From Ranitomeya imitator (Eukaryota): DNA of 64,000 nucleotides. The notes under the pieces are model-generated. The model saw nothing but the letters and a program-made list of their open reading frames with translations, did no database searches and was not told where the DNA came from. The stretch covers positions 449,748,001-449,812,000 of the forward strand of contig NC_091283.1 in NCBI RefSeq assembly GCF_032444005.1. The letters are read 5' to 3'. Within the stretch, counting starts at the first letter, position 1, and the number at the start of each line of letters is the position of its first letter. The position numbers were made by a program, and so were the translations under genes. Shown piece by piece: positions 50,819 through 62,798 of this stretch.

Positions 50819-53018
50819 TGGCCATGTTTGATTCCATAATAACCGTTATCTGCTCAGCTCTAGGAGTGCCTATATATTGGGAAATGGAAAGATCGGGTGA
50901 CGGTGCATCTTGCTTGTCATGCCATTTGCATTTTTGAATAGGAAACCATTCTGGGGATTTTTTCCTGCACACTTGCAGTGTTTTTATTTTCCTAGAAGCG
51001 ATAGTTGGTGCATGTGTCCCAAGCCTGAGCGATGGCCCGGGGCGGCAGCAGACTTTATTGAAGTATATGGAGTATCTTTCTTCGTACAGTTTCGGTAGGG
51101 TTACTCTTTGAAGATGATTTTTTTTGCACTTGATAAATTGGGCTCAGGGCAACAAGCACAGTAATGTATGCAGATCATGGTGAGATGCATTGATCTGGAT
51201 GGTGCGATACCCCCACTTAGCCATGTGGGGGCAGTGTTACACAACCCAAGGGAAGACCGAGGTGGGCAGCCACACAATGCTTTCATCAATTTGCACTCGA
51301 TCATGTGATTAGCTGAAATCTTTTCTTTTTTTCAGATGAGAAGTGAACATTCTGCGTCTCCGCCATTACTTTTGCACAGTCTGGGGGAAAAAGTGGTGTG
51401 TGTAGAGGGAATTTTGGCATGTTTCTGTATTGTGTACCCTGTGCTTTGTGTTTTAAAATGTAACCCCGTTGCAGGAAGCTAGATTTTGGGGACACAGAGG
51501 AAAGGAGCAAGGTTGTCTTTGAAGATCGGTCGCAGCACAATAGAAATCTGGTATTATGATTGGGGTCTTTAATGGCCTTCAGGGTAACATCTTCAACAAC
51601 TTTCATCGTTATCATCTGATTGCATTTGATCTCTTGACACTAAAATATAATGGAGTGTCAAGACGGGGAAATCCTGCAATTTAATTTAGTAGCAGTACTT
51701 GTTAACGACCAGTAGATGGCGATGTTGTCATTGCCGTGCGCAGAGAATGTGTACTGGCAAAGATCAGCCTGTCATATACAACCTAGCCGGCCATTGACCT
51801 TATAGGAGTGCCACCCAAGCCACAGGCACTGCCGGGGTTGCACAATCACTTTTATAGTTTTTATAGCCCATATAAGCTATACGTAATAGTGTCAAGTATG
51901 GCATGAATGTGGATATTTCTGCAACTGCACGTGATCCACCTATAATCTAATGTCGATGTCCATCTTAAGACTGAATATTCTGCATCTGTTATGTCTAGAA
52001 CTAGTGGCAGCAATCATGGATTGCATGGCAGGGGTTCTGTCTTTTTGCCCGTCTGTCTTTCGCCATCAGAATGCCTAAACCAAGGCTGATGGGGGCAGTG
52101 TTGGATGCAAGAGTCATAGGCGCTGTACCGTGCCATCATGCCATGTGTGATGTTGGCCATTGTGCTAGAGCTGCTTGGCACTGCAACGGATATTTCACAG
52201 ACGGGTGGGGATATAGCACCATGCCGCGTCTGAGGCACATTCCAAAGTTACATGAAGCAAAAAAGTAATGATAAGCTTTATTTTATAAAAAATTCTTGCA
52301 CTAAGTTTGGCCTGGAGAAAAAAAAAAACATGCCATAGATAAAGGGGCTGAATGGGGGACGGGCTGGTATATGCACTAGGGATGGTATATTGTAGCCTGC
52401 AGGAGGGGCACCACGCTACTTGTGCGCAGGATGAGGAGGGTGTAGTGTCTGTGCCCATAGCAGAGATGTACGTCCTAAGGGAAGGGGGTCCTTACTTGTG
52501 AAATATAGGGAAAAGGTGCAGGCTGTGCAATTGTTTCTTCCATATGTGCGGCTGTGACTGTTTGACAGTATACACACAGCGCCACCTCATGGAGACTTAT
52601 GTGCCAAGCACAGAGCTAAACCTTTTGTCAGTTATCCTGGTAAAGAAAAAAATAAAGATTTTTCTTTTTGTATTTTTTGGTTTACATTGTTTCCTTTCAG
52701 ATACCGACAGTAGAGACTAAAAGTTCTTAAAACCTCCTGTAAGGCTGAATTCACATGTGCATTACGTGGTTTTCTGTTCCATCATAGGAGCTGAAAAAAA
52801 AAACTGCAAATGATCGGAGTACTGACACAAGACAACAGTGGTGCTCAATGGGCCCCACTTGTGTTCACCTCTGCATGGAGAGGACGACCACTTTTTCTTT
52901 ATTTTATGAAATGCATGTCATTGGGGGCTAATATCCTTTTTGCAGTATTTGCTTGCTATGTCGCATTGTCTATTGCTCTCTACAGAATGAGTTAGCCGAG
53001 AATCAGTCAGTGAGTTTA

Positions 53019-55335
53019 CTAGATGGTGGCCCGATTCTAACGCACCGGGTATTCTAGAATGTGCATGTCCACGTAGTATATTGCCTAGCCACGTAGTATA
53101 TTGCCCAGCCACGTAGTATATTGCCCAGCCACGTAGTATATTGCCCAGTTACGTAGTATATTGCCCAGTTACGTAGTAGATTGCCCAGTTACGTAGTAGA
53201 TTGCCCAGCCACGTAGTAGATTGCCCAGCCACGTAGTATATTGCCCAGCCACGTAGTATATTGCCCAGTCACGTAGTATATTGCCCAGTCACGTAGTATA
53301 TTGCCCAGTCACGTAGTATATTGCCCAGTCACGTAGTATATTGCCCAGTTACGTAGTATATTGCCCAGTTACGTAGTATATTGCCCAGTTACGTAGTATA
53401 TTGCCCAGCCACGTAGTATATTGCCCAGTTACGTAGTATATTGCCCAGTTACGTAGTATATTGCCCAGTCACGTAGTATATTGCCCAGTCACGTAGTATA
53501 TTGCCCAGTTACGTAGTATATTGCCCAGCCACGTAGTATATTGCCCAGCCACGTAGTATATTGCCCAGTTACGTAGTATATTGCCCAGTTACGTAGTATA
53601 TTGCCCAGTCACGTAGTATATTGCCCAGTCACGTAGTATATTGCCCAGTCACGTAGTATATTGCCCAGTCACGTAGTATATTGCCCAGCTACGTAGTATA
53701 TTGCCCAGCTACGTAGTATATTGCCCAGTCACGTAGTATATTGCCCAGTCACGTAGTATATTGCCCAGCTACGTAGTATATTGCCCAGTCACGTAGTATA
53801 TTGCCCAGTCACGTAGTATATTGCCCAGTTACGTAGTATATTGCCCAGTTACGTAGTATATTGCCCAGTCACGTAGTATATTGCCCAGTCACGTAGTATA
53901 TTGCCCAGCCTTGTAGTATATTGCCCAGCCATGTAGTATATTGCCCAGCTACGTAGTATATTGCCCAGTTACGTAGTATATTGCCCAGCCACGTAGTATA
54001 TTGCCCAGCCACGTAGTATATTGCCCAGCCACGTAGTATATTGCCCAGCCACGTAGTATATTGTCCAGTTACGTAGTATATTGTCCAGTTACGTAGTATA
54101 TTGCCCAGCTACGTAGTATATTGCCCAGTTACGTAGTATATTGCCCAGCCACGTAGTATATTGCCCAGCCACGTAGTATATTGCCCAGCCACGTAGTATA
54201 TTGCCCAGCCTTGTAGTATATTGCCCAGCCATGTAGTATATTGCCCAGCCTTGTAGTATATTGCCCAGCCTTGTAGTATATTGCCCAGTTACGTAGTATA
54301 TTGCCCAGTTACGTAGTATATTGCCCAGTTACGTAGTATATTGCCCAGCTACGTAGTATATTGCCCAGTCACGTAGTATATTGCCCAGTTACGTAGTATA
54401 TTGCCCAGCCTTGTAGTATATTGCCCAGCCATGTAGTATATTGCCCAGTTACGTAGTATATTGCCCAGCTACGTAGTATATTGCCCAGCTACGTAGTATA
54501 TTGCCCAGCCACGTAGTATATTGCCCAGCCACGTAGTATATTGCCCAGCCACGTAGTATATTGCCCAGCCACGTAGTATATTGCCCAGCCACGTAGTATA
54601 TTGCCCAGCCACGTAGTATATTGCCCAGCCACGTAGTATATTGCCCAGCCACGTAGTATATTGCCCAGCCACGTAGTATATTCCCAGCCACGTAGTATAT
54701 TGCCCAGTCACGTAGTATATTGCCCAGCCACGTAGTATATTGCCCAGCCACGTAGTATATTGCCCAGCCACGTAGTATATTGCCCAGCCACGTAGTATAT
54801 TGCCCAGCCACGTAGTATATTGCCCAGCCACGTAGTATATTGCCCAGCCACGTAGTATATTGCCCAGCCACGTAGTATATTGCCCAGCCACGTAGTATAT
54901 TGCCCAGCCACGTAGTATATTGCCCAGCCACGTAGTATATTGCCCAGCCACGTAGTATATTGCCCAGCCACGTAGTATATTGCCCAGCCACGTAGTATAT
55001 TGCCCAGCCACGTAGTATATTGCCCAGCCACGTAGTATATTGCCCAGTTACGTAGTATATTGCCCAGCCACGTAGTATATTGCCCAGTTACGTAGTATAT
55101 TGCCCAGCCACGTAGTATATTGCCCAGTCACGTAGTATATTGCCCAGTTACGTAGTATACAGCACAGAGCCACGTAGTATATTGCCCAGTCACGTAGTAT
55201 ATTGCCCAGTTACGTAGTATACAGCACAGAGCCACGTAGTATATTGCCCAGTCACGTAGTATATTGCCCAGTTACGTAGTATACAGCACAGAGCCACGTA
55301 GTATATTGGCCAGTCATGTATATTGCCCAGCTACA
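53019..55335 (-). mobile_element. 5'-truncated Helitron (same family as 15475-16237) with an expanded internal minisatellite
   Basis: A|CTAGATGGTGGCCCGATTCTAACGCACCGGGTATTCTAGAAT is the reverse complement of the 3' end of the 15475-16237 copy. Confidence 0.8.
53071..55333. repeat. 20-bp minisatellite, about 113 copies
   Basis: Unit ACGTAGTATATTGCCCAGCC with GTT/GTC/GCT/TTG/ATG variants; terminal ~60-bp trimeric repeats containing CAGCACAGA. Confidence 0.98.
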
Positions 55336-56376
55336 ATAAGGGCAAACTCTACACATATAGTACAGGTGTGCATAGGAATCAGCGTTTTTGGTGCATTTTT
55401 TTTCTGCAGCCAAAGCCTGCTCTCTTGGCAGTAAAAACACTGCTTTCAAAACACCCATTTTTTAGGGTATGTGCAGAGGATCCGGAAATGGCAGGCCTTT
55501 GGATGTCTCGGACATGTGCGGTGTCCAAAGTGCTGCCATCTTTTGAACACTGGTGATTCCGCGTGTGTTCATTGATCTGTGCGGAGTCCCTGCGTCCTAT
55601 GCATTGCAGGGGTGAGATTTCTCTTGTGGAGACTCGCGTCTACACCAGATAAATTGATATGCTACAGCCAGGACAGACGCGCCCCATGTCCGTCACTACG
55701 GGTGAGGTGCAGGTGATAGTAAAGATGGAATTTCTTGACATCCCCTCCACTATACTGTAACATGTGGCCGCTGCGGGTTGGACGCTGCACAAGTACACAG
55801 CAGCCGACCCGCAGCGTTTTCTGACTGTGTGCACACACCCTTAGAGCTTTTGCTGTTTTGATAAAGTTAGTGTTATTCACAAAAAACACAGCGAAAAACA
55901 ACGTTGCAACATTTGCAGCATTTTTCAAACTTTTTCATTGCTTTCTACGGGTGAAACAAATTGCTGAAAGAAGTGACACGCTGCAGATTTAAAAAACGCT
56001 GCAGTTGTGAAATTCAGTCGGGAAATAAAAGGGTGTGTAGGAGATTTCTGAAAATATCAGTTTTACTTGTGCTGTAAAATGCTGTAAACTTCTTATTTGC
56101 AGAAGAAAAAGCTGCAAAAATTCTGCACATGAACATGGCGAAAAGCTGCTTTATAAAGTGCCAGCAAAACATAGGAGATTTCCAAAATCTCCTGCATGCG
56201 CTTGTTTTTTTTCTGACTGGATTTCAGAACTGTAGCGCTTTTTAAATCTGTAGCGTGTCACTTCTTTCAGTGTGTTTTCACCCGTATAAAGCAATGAAAG
56301 AATAAAAAAGCTGCAGATATTGCAACGGCATTTTTCACTGCAATTTTTTAAGTGGTTTTGGTGAATTAAACGATTA

Positions 56377-56914
56377 GGTCTCGTTCACATGTTCAGTATT
56401 TCACATCAGTATTTGTAATGCAGAAACAGCAGTGGAACAATGAGGCTATGTGCACACGTTGTGGAATCTGCTGTGGATTTTTCCACGCAGATTCCTAAAA
56501 ATCTGCAGGTAAAACGCAGGGCGTTTTACCTGCAGATTTACCGCGGATTTATCGTGGAATTACCGCGGTTTTTGTGCGGTTTTCAACAGCGTTTTTACCC
56601 CTGTGGATTCCTATTATGGAGCAGGTGTAAAACGCTGCGGAATCCGCACAAAGAATTGACATGCTGCAGAAAATACAACGCAGCGTTTCCGCGCTGTATT
56701 TTCCGCAGCATGTGTACCGCGGATTTTGTTTTCCATACGTTTACATGGTACCGTACAACGCATGGAAAACTGCTGCAGATCCACAGCAGAATCCGCTATG
56801 TGTTCACATAGCCTGAGAAACACGTCACTACTTCTGTATTTATCACCCTCCGGGTTTTGGCTTACACATACTGATGTGAAATACTGACCAAACACTCAAC
56901 GTGTGAATGTGGCC
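56377..56914. mobile_element. Nested Harbinger-like MITEs (inner element 56444-56813)
   Basis: Outer element has a TTA TSD (GGTCTCGTTCACA...TGTGAATGTGGCC); inner element has a TGA TSD (GGCTATGTGCACAC...GTTCACATAGCC). Confidence 0.75.
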
Positions 56915-57544
56915 TTAAACATACTGTAGACAAAACAAACATCCTCACTCCAAAAAAAAAAAAAGCTGAAAAAAGTGTGAAGAACACCGCAAAACAAGCT
57001 GAAAAACAGGTTTTGGCTACTGAAAAAAAATGCTGCATATGAACATAGTCTTACTCTGAAACGCTATAGCCATCTGTGGTGTTACATAGGACTGCAGGTG
57101 ACATCTACTACATTATCTGTACTCAGAGAATTATCACTGCTATCGCTGGTGTTACATAGGACTGCAGGTGACATCTACTACATTATCTGTACTCAGAGAG
57201 TTAGCACTGTTTTATCTGAAGAGTTAAAAAAAATTAAGAGGGGTTTGGGGGCAACTCTTTGTCTTGGGCCCCCAATCTTTTCTGACCCTAGCAACGCCCC
57301 TGCGTACAGCTAATAGTGGCAGACCCGTTGGCCGATATGAGGCCCCTAAATATGGGGGCCACAGTGCAATGTTATCATTTGGGGCCCCCACTTTAAATTT
57401 TTTGCCTAGGGCCCCACTTTGTCTAAAACCGGCCCTGCTGGCTAACTTATGACCACAGACCTCATCAAAGTTGAATCTACAGGAAGCGAAACGATGCAGA
57501 ATTTCGAATGCAACTCCATTAGAAAGATTATTTATATATCCCAT

Positions 57545-57730
57545 ATATATATCCCACCAAGGACAACATCTGCAAAGAGTTTGTATGTTCTCTCCTTGTT
57601 TGCATGGGTTTCCTCCCACACTCCAAAGACATACTGATAGGGATTTCAGATTGTGAGCCTCATTGGGGACAGTGATAATAATGTCTGTAAAGCGCTGCGG
57701 AATATGTTAGCGCTATATCAAAATAAAGAT

Positions 57731-57735
<5 letters not shown>
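57545..57735 (+). mobile_element. SINE fragment (V/CORE-like body with LINE-like 3' tail)
   Basis: GTTTGTATGTTCTC...GGGTTTCCTCCCACACTCCAAAGACAT core, followed by TGTAAAGCGCTGCGGAATATGTTAGCGCTATAT...AATAAAGATTATTAT. Confidence 0.65.
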
Positions 57736-57771
<36 letters not shown>

Positions 57772-57889
57772 TATTTTAGAAAAGTCCCCTCCCCAAAGGT
57801 GAACAACCTTTTTAAGGTCGGTTGCAGATTTCTTCACAAATGCTGGAAAAATGTTTTACCTTCAAGGATTAAGAGCAGCACACTGGACT

Positions 57890-58278
57890 AAAGGTACCTT
57901 CACACTGAGCAACTTTCCAACGAGAACGACAACGATCCATGACGTTGCAGCGTCCTGGATAGCGATCTCGTTGTGTTTGACACGCAGCAGCGATCAGGAT
58001 CCTGCTGTGACATCGCTGGTCGTAGCTAGAAGTCCAGAACTTTATTTGGTCGTCAGGTCGGCGTGATTCGTCATGTTTGACAGCAAAAGCAACGATGCCA
58101 GCAATGTTTTACATGGAGCGAACAACCAGCGAGAACGATAAGTACGTCACTGGATCACTCCTGCATCACTCAGCTGTTGCCGGTGTTTGACGTCTCTACA
58201 GCGACCTAAACATCGACGCTCCAGCGATCGGCTCGTTGTCTATATCGCTGCAGCGTCGCTCAATGTGACGGTACCTTT
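57890..58278. mobile_element. Second, uninterrupted (internally shorter) copy of the AAGGTACC-ended palindromic element
   Basis: AAGGTACCTTCACACTGA...TGTGACGGTACCTT; retains the empty DIRS target site (reverse complement GACCAAATAAAGTTCTGG at ~58035-58053). Confidence 0.8.
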
Positions 58279-59738
58279 ACAGTGGGCACAATAATGATGA
58301 CCAGACAGACATTACCATGTTTGTCCCATTGGAGTCCGTCGTATAATGGGTCCAGCCCCTTGTTCTGTTTCTGTATACAACCAGCAGCTGAATGAATTAG
58401 TGCAGATGTGGACTGGAGCCTTTTAATTATATTCTGTCTGTCTTGACTGGAGAAATGACCCCATCACAGAATCCAACAGATTTGATGGGAAGAATAGGCA
58501 CCTTGCCGAGACCCCTGCCCACCCTTGGACGTATGATACCAACCCTAGAATGGGTAGATAACTGGCTTGTTGAAATGTTGACTGTGCTTTGATCACTAGA
58601 CTTGACCGCCCGCCGGGTCTCCTGAGCTAATTGACCCCTGGATGAATCAGTTAGCTCAGTTCAGGCCGGTTATTGCAATCTGAGCACAGTCCATGTTTCA
58701 AGGAAGTGTGACACCAACCTTAGGCTGGACTCTCATGTCTTTATTATACGGCTATGCTCGGATTGCAATATTTTTCCCAACCGTGGCTCTACTGCCCAAA
58801 CTAGCCTCCTTGTATATATCTACGGAACTGTTTGTTCAGGTCAGCAGACCCCCACTTAGGCTGAATTCACGCTTCTGCATGATACGGTCCATGAACTGCA
58901 ATAGCCAGCCTAAGGCAGGTCATATAGTGATCTCCTGCCGGTGTTCTCAGGGTGTAGTCAGACGGCTGTGCTCGGACTGGCCACGGCGCTCCCGACCTGA
59001 GTCCGTGCATTGCGCTCCGATCTCGGTCCCATTTATACAGGCATTTCACAGTCTCCTAAGAAGCAAGAAGGCAGCCGCTTATCTTTGTGAGAACAACAGG
59101 ACTGGGCAGTTGAAACCCAATATGTCCAATCCTTTAACAAATCCCTGGCGGTTTCTACTCTTATTCAGCTGTCCCTTATCCATATGTCTTTGGAAGCGTA
59201 AACTTCAGCTTATAGTTAGAAATTGCCATAACACCATTTAATAGTGATAAAATTAGAACAGACAATTGCATGATGACCGAACGCTTATCTAAATGGAAAA
59301 CTTGCAGTGTATCCGCCCTGTGTACATACCAAGATAATCCGGTACGTCACAATTTTCCCACTCTTGATATTAGAACATTTGTCTCTATTAGCAACCTGAA
59401 ATATGTGATACTTCACTCTGGGATTTTTTTTACCACCTTTATTTTAAATTGTTTCCATGTTTGTTTCAATTTTGGGTCTATAAACCAAATCTTTTCAAAG
59501 TTACGATTCATGATACATTGCTAAATGCCAGCAGCCTCCACTAGGGGGAGCTCATTGTATTACAGCTCCTCTGGAAAGCAGTACTACCTGTCTACATCAG
59601 CTGAGTGCTCCCCCTAGTGGCAGTTGCAGACTGAATTTTATAATCATGTTATAGGTGTTTGTTGGGAATCAGAATTGTGGATGCAGTTTGATAAAATGTA
59701 TGGGGTGCAAAAAAAAAACCTGTTTGTATACACGGTTA

Positions 59739-59934
59739 GGCCTCTTTTCCACTCGCGAGAAACACGTCCGTGTCTCGCATGTGGAAACGAAGCTCTGGCG
59801 CCGGCACTCCGGAGCGAAGCGTGCGGCCGCATAGCAACACATGGAGCTGCACGCTCCGCTCCGGAGTGCCGGCGCCAGAGCTTCGTTTCCACATGCGAGA
59901 CATGGACGTGTTTCTCGCAAGTGGAAAAGAGGCC
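59739..59934. mobile_element. Near-perfect palindromic Harbinger-like MITE
   Basis: TTA|GGCCTCTTTTCCAC...GTGGAAAAGAGGCC|TTA with ~85-bp arms. Confidence 0.85.
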
Positions 59935-60308
59935 TTACAATTTGTCCTGTTTATATCTCATCAGAATGTATCTGCATACAAAATAAAGGGAACCTGTCAT
60001 TGCTTTTAAGCTACCTGAACCACAGGTAGTATGAATCAGCGCTTAGATGCGTTATTGTAGCCAGGTATGTGCTATGCAAACTCTGCAACTTTTTCAGAGT
60101 AAACATTTTGAAAAGCCGGCCGGGAACAATGCGTCTTGGGTGAGTAGTCGGAAGTCTGTTCTACACTGCTTCTCCCTGCCCCAGTTGATGCTTCTCTGCA
60201 TGTCAATCAATGGGATCTGGGCAGAGAGAGGTAGACTGGCTGACGTCACCTGCAAAACTCTGTCGTCTGTGTTTTCGCCAAAATTCAGCAGTGTTTGACA
60301 AAAACATA

Positions 60309-61793
60309 TAGGTGCTTCTCACAAAATTAGAATATCATCCAAAAGTGAATGTATTTCAGTTCTTCAATACAAAAAGTGAAACTCATATTATATAGTCATT
60401 ACAAACAGAGTGATTTATTTCACGTGTTTATTTCTGTTAATGTTGATTATGGCTTACAGCCAATGAAAACCCAAAAGTCATTATCTCAGTAAATTAGAAT
60501 ACCTTATAACACCAGCTTGAAAAATTATTTTAAATTCCGAAATGTTGGCCTACTGAAATGTATGTTCAGTAAATGCACTCAATACTTGGTCAGGGCTTCT
60601 TTTGCATCAATGTGGCATGGTATGGAGGCGATCAGCCTGTGGCACTGCTGAAGTGTTATGGAAGCCCATTTTGCTTTGATAGCAGCCTTCAGCTCATCTG
60701 CATTGTTGGGTCTGGTGTCTCTCATCTTCCTCTTGACAATACCCCATAGATTCTCTATGGGGTTAAGGTCAGGCGAGTTTGCTGGCCAATTAACCACAGT
60801 GATACTGTTGTTTTTAAACCAGGTATTGGTACTTTTGGCAGTGTGGACAGGAGCCAAGTCCTGCTGGAAAATGAAATTTCCATCTCCAAAAAGCTTGTCG
60901 GCAGATGGAAGCATGAAGTGCTCTAAAATTTCCTGGTAGACGGCTGCGCTGACTTTGGTCTTGATAAAACACAGTGGATCTACACCAGCAGATGACATGG
61001 CTCCCCAAACCATCACTGATTGTGATGAAACTTCACACTAGACCTCAAGCAGCTTGGATTGTGGCCTCTCCACTCTTCCTCCAGACTCTGGGATCTTGAT
61101 TTCCAAATGAAATGCAAAATGTACTTTCATCTGAAAACAACACCTTGGACCTCTGAGCCTAAGTCATGTCTATCGGTCATGAGTGGCTTGACAGAAGGAA
61201 TGCGACACTTGTAGCCCATGTCCAGGATACATCTGTGTGTGGTGGCTCTTGAAGCAATGACTCAAGCAGCAGTCCACTCCCTGTGAATCTCCCCCAAATA
61301 TTTTAATGGCCTTTTCTTAATCTTTTCAAGGCTGCAGTTATCCCGGTTGCTTGTGCACCTTTTTCTCCCACACTTTTTCCTTCCACTCTACTTTCCATTA
61401 ATATGCTTGGATACAGCACTCTGCGAACAACCAGCTTCTTTAGTAATGATCTTTTGTGGCTTACCCTCCTTGTGGAGTGTGTCAATGACTGCCTTCTGGA
61501 CATCTGTTAAGTTCATAGTCTTCCCCATGATTGTGGGGCCTACTGAAACAGACTAAGGGACCCTTTTAAACGCTTAGGAAGCCTTTGCAGATGTTTTTAT
61601 GTTAATTATTCTAATTTAATGAGACAATGACTTTTGGGTTTTCATTGGCTGTAAGCCATAATCCTCAGCATTAACAGAAATAAACTCTTGAAATAGATCA
61701 CTCTGTTTGTAAAGACTATATGAGTTTCTCTTTTTGTATTGAAGAACTGAAATTAACTTTTTGATGATATTCTAATTTTGTGAGAAGCACCTG
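60309..61793 (-). mobile_element. Tc1 element C (decayed transposase)
   Basis: TA TSD; TIR (C/T)AGGTGCTTCTCACAAAATTAGAATATCATC; transposase C-terminus at 60579-61016 ([25 protein letters not shown]). Confidence 0.93.
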
Positions 61794-62102
61794 TATCGGT
61801 CTACAGTCTTGCTGCCAGGTTTCAATTTATGCTGTCTGCGGTTCAGGGAGCATGAAGCCGATGACTGGATCCATTCCAATTATCAGAATGTATTAACAAT
61901 GTGGCGATGTTGCAGCGGGAAGGACACCAGACCAGAAGCGTCACCGAGGCACGATGGGTAATATGTCACTGATAAGTAGACCTGAGAGTGCTCTGGGACC
62001 TAACAATAACCTTCTCTACTCTTCTTCAAGTTACAGGAGTGCAGGGACAAGACCACTACACGGAAGGAGACCCGGACCCTCTGTGCCCACCTTCACGTAG
62101 GT

Positions 62103-62288
62103 CAGTGGTCCCCAACTCCAGGCCTCGAGGGCCGCCAACAGTGCAGGTTTTCAGGATTTCCTTAGTATTGCACAGGGGTTGGAATCATCACCTGTGCAGA
62201 TGATCACATTACCACCGATGCAATACTAAAGAAATCCTGAAAACCTGCACTGTTGGCAGCCCTCGAGGCCTGGAGTTGGGGACCCCTG
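62103..62288. mobile_element. hAT MITE
   Basis: TIR CAG(T/G)GGTCCCCAACTCCAGGCCTCGAGGG; 8-bp TSD ACGTAGGT. Confidence 0.9.
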
Positions 62289-62491
62289 ACGTAGGTGAAA
62301 CTGCTCTGCTCCACTGGAGAACTGGGCTTTGTTTAGGCTCGTTTGCTGTATCTGTAGATTTGTGTGAAGCAGAAAGTCTAAAATGATCCAAGATGCTTTT
62401 TGGGTCACCCTATTCATAGGTGAAACTTTCTGATGGGGAAACCTGTTGCATCAGACATGAAGTCCTCCTTTCCCAAAGTAATGGTGAATAC

Positions 62492-62798
62492 AAGTGATGA
62501 GCGAGTGTACTCGTTGTTCAGGTTTTCCTGAGCACACTCGGGTGGTCTCCGAGTATTTGACTGCTCGGAGATTTAGTTTTCATCGCCGCAGCTGAATGAT
62601 TTACAGCTCCTAGCCAGGCTAAGTACATGTGGGGGTTGCCTGGTTGATAGGGAATCTCCACATGTAACCAAGCAGGCTAGTAGCTGCAAATCATCCAGCT
62701 GCGGCGAAGAAAACTAAATCTCCGAGCAGTCAAATACTCAGAGGTCACCCGAGCGTGCTAAGGAAAACCCGAGCAACGAGTATATTCACTCATCACTA
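62492..62798. mobile_element. hAT MITE, same family as 43840-44150
   Basis: TIR AGTGATGAG...CTCATCACT; 8-bp TSD GTGAATAC. Confidence 0.88.

Noticed and set aside
54449-55031. AGQYTTWLGNILRGWAIYYV repeat ORFs
   Set aside because: Translation of the 20-bp minisatellite; no splice or promoter context.
53071-55333. CRISPR-like appearance of the regular arrays (also 30820-32030 and 38720-41485)
   Set aside because: No unique spacers, no cas genes, and the context is a eukaryotic intron-exon genome.
58693-59241. 182-aa ORF (likewise the 179-aa ORF at 42193-42732 and the 74-aa ORF at 52014-52238)
   Set aside because: No recognisable motifs and no phase-consistent partner exons; consistent with chance ORFs or decayed repeats.
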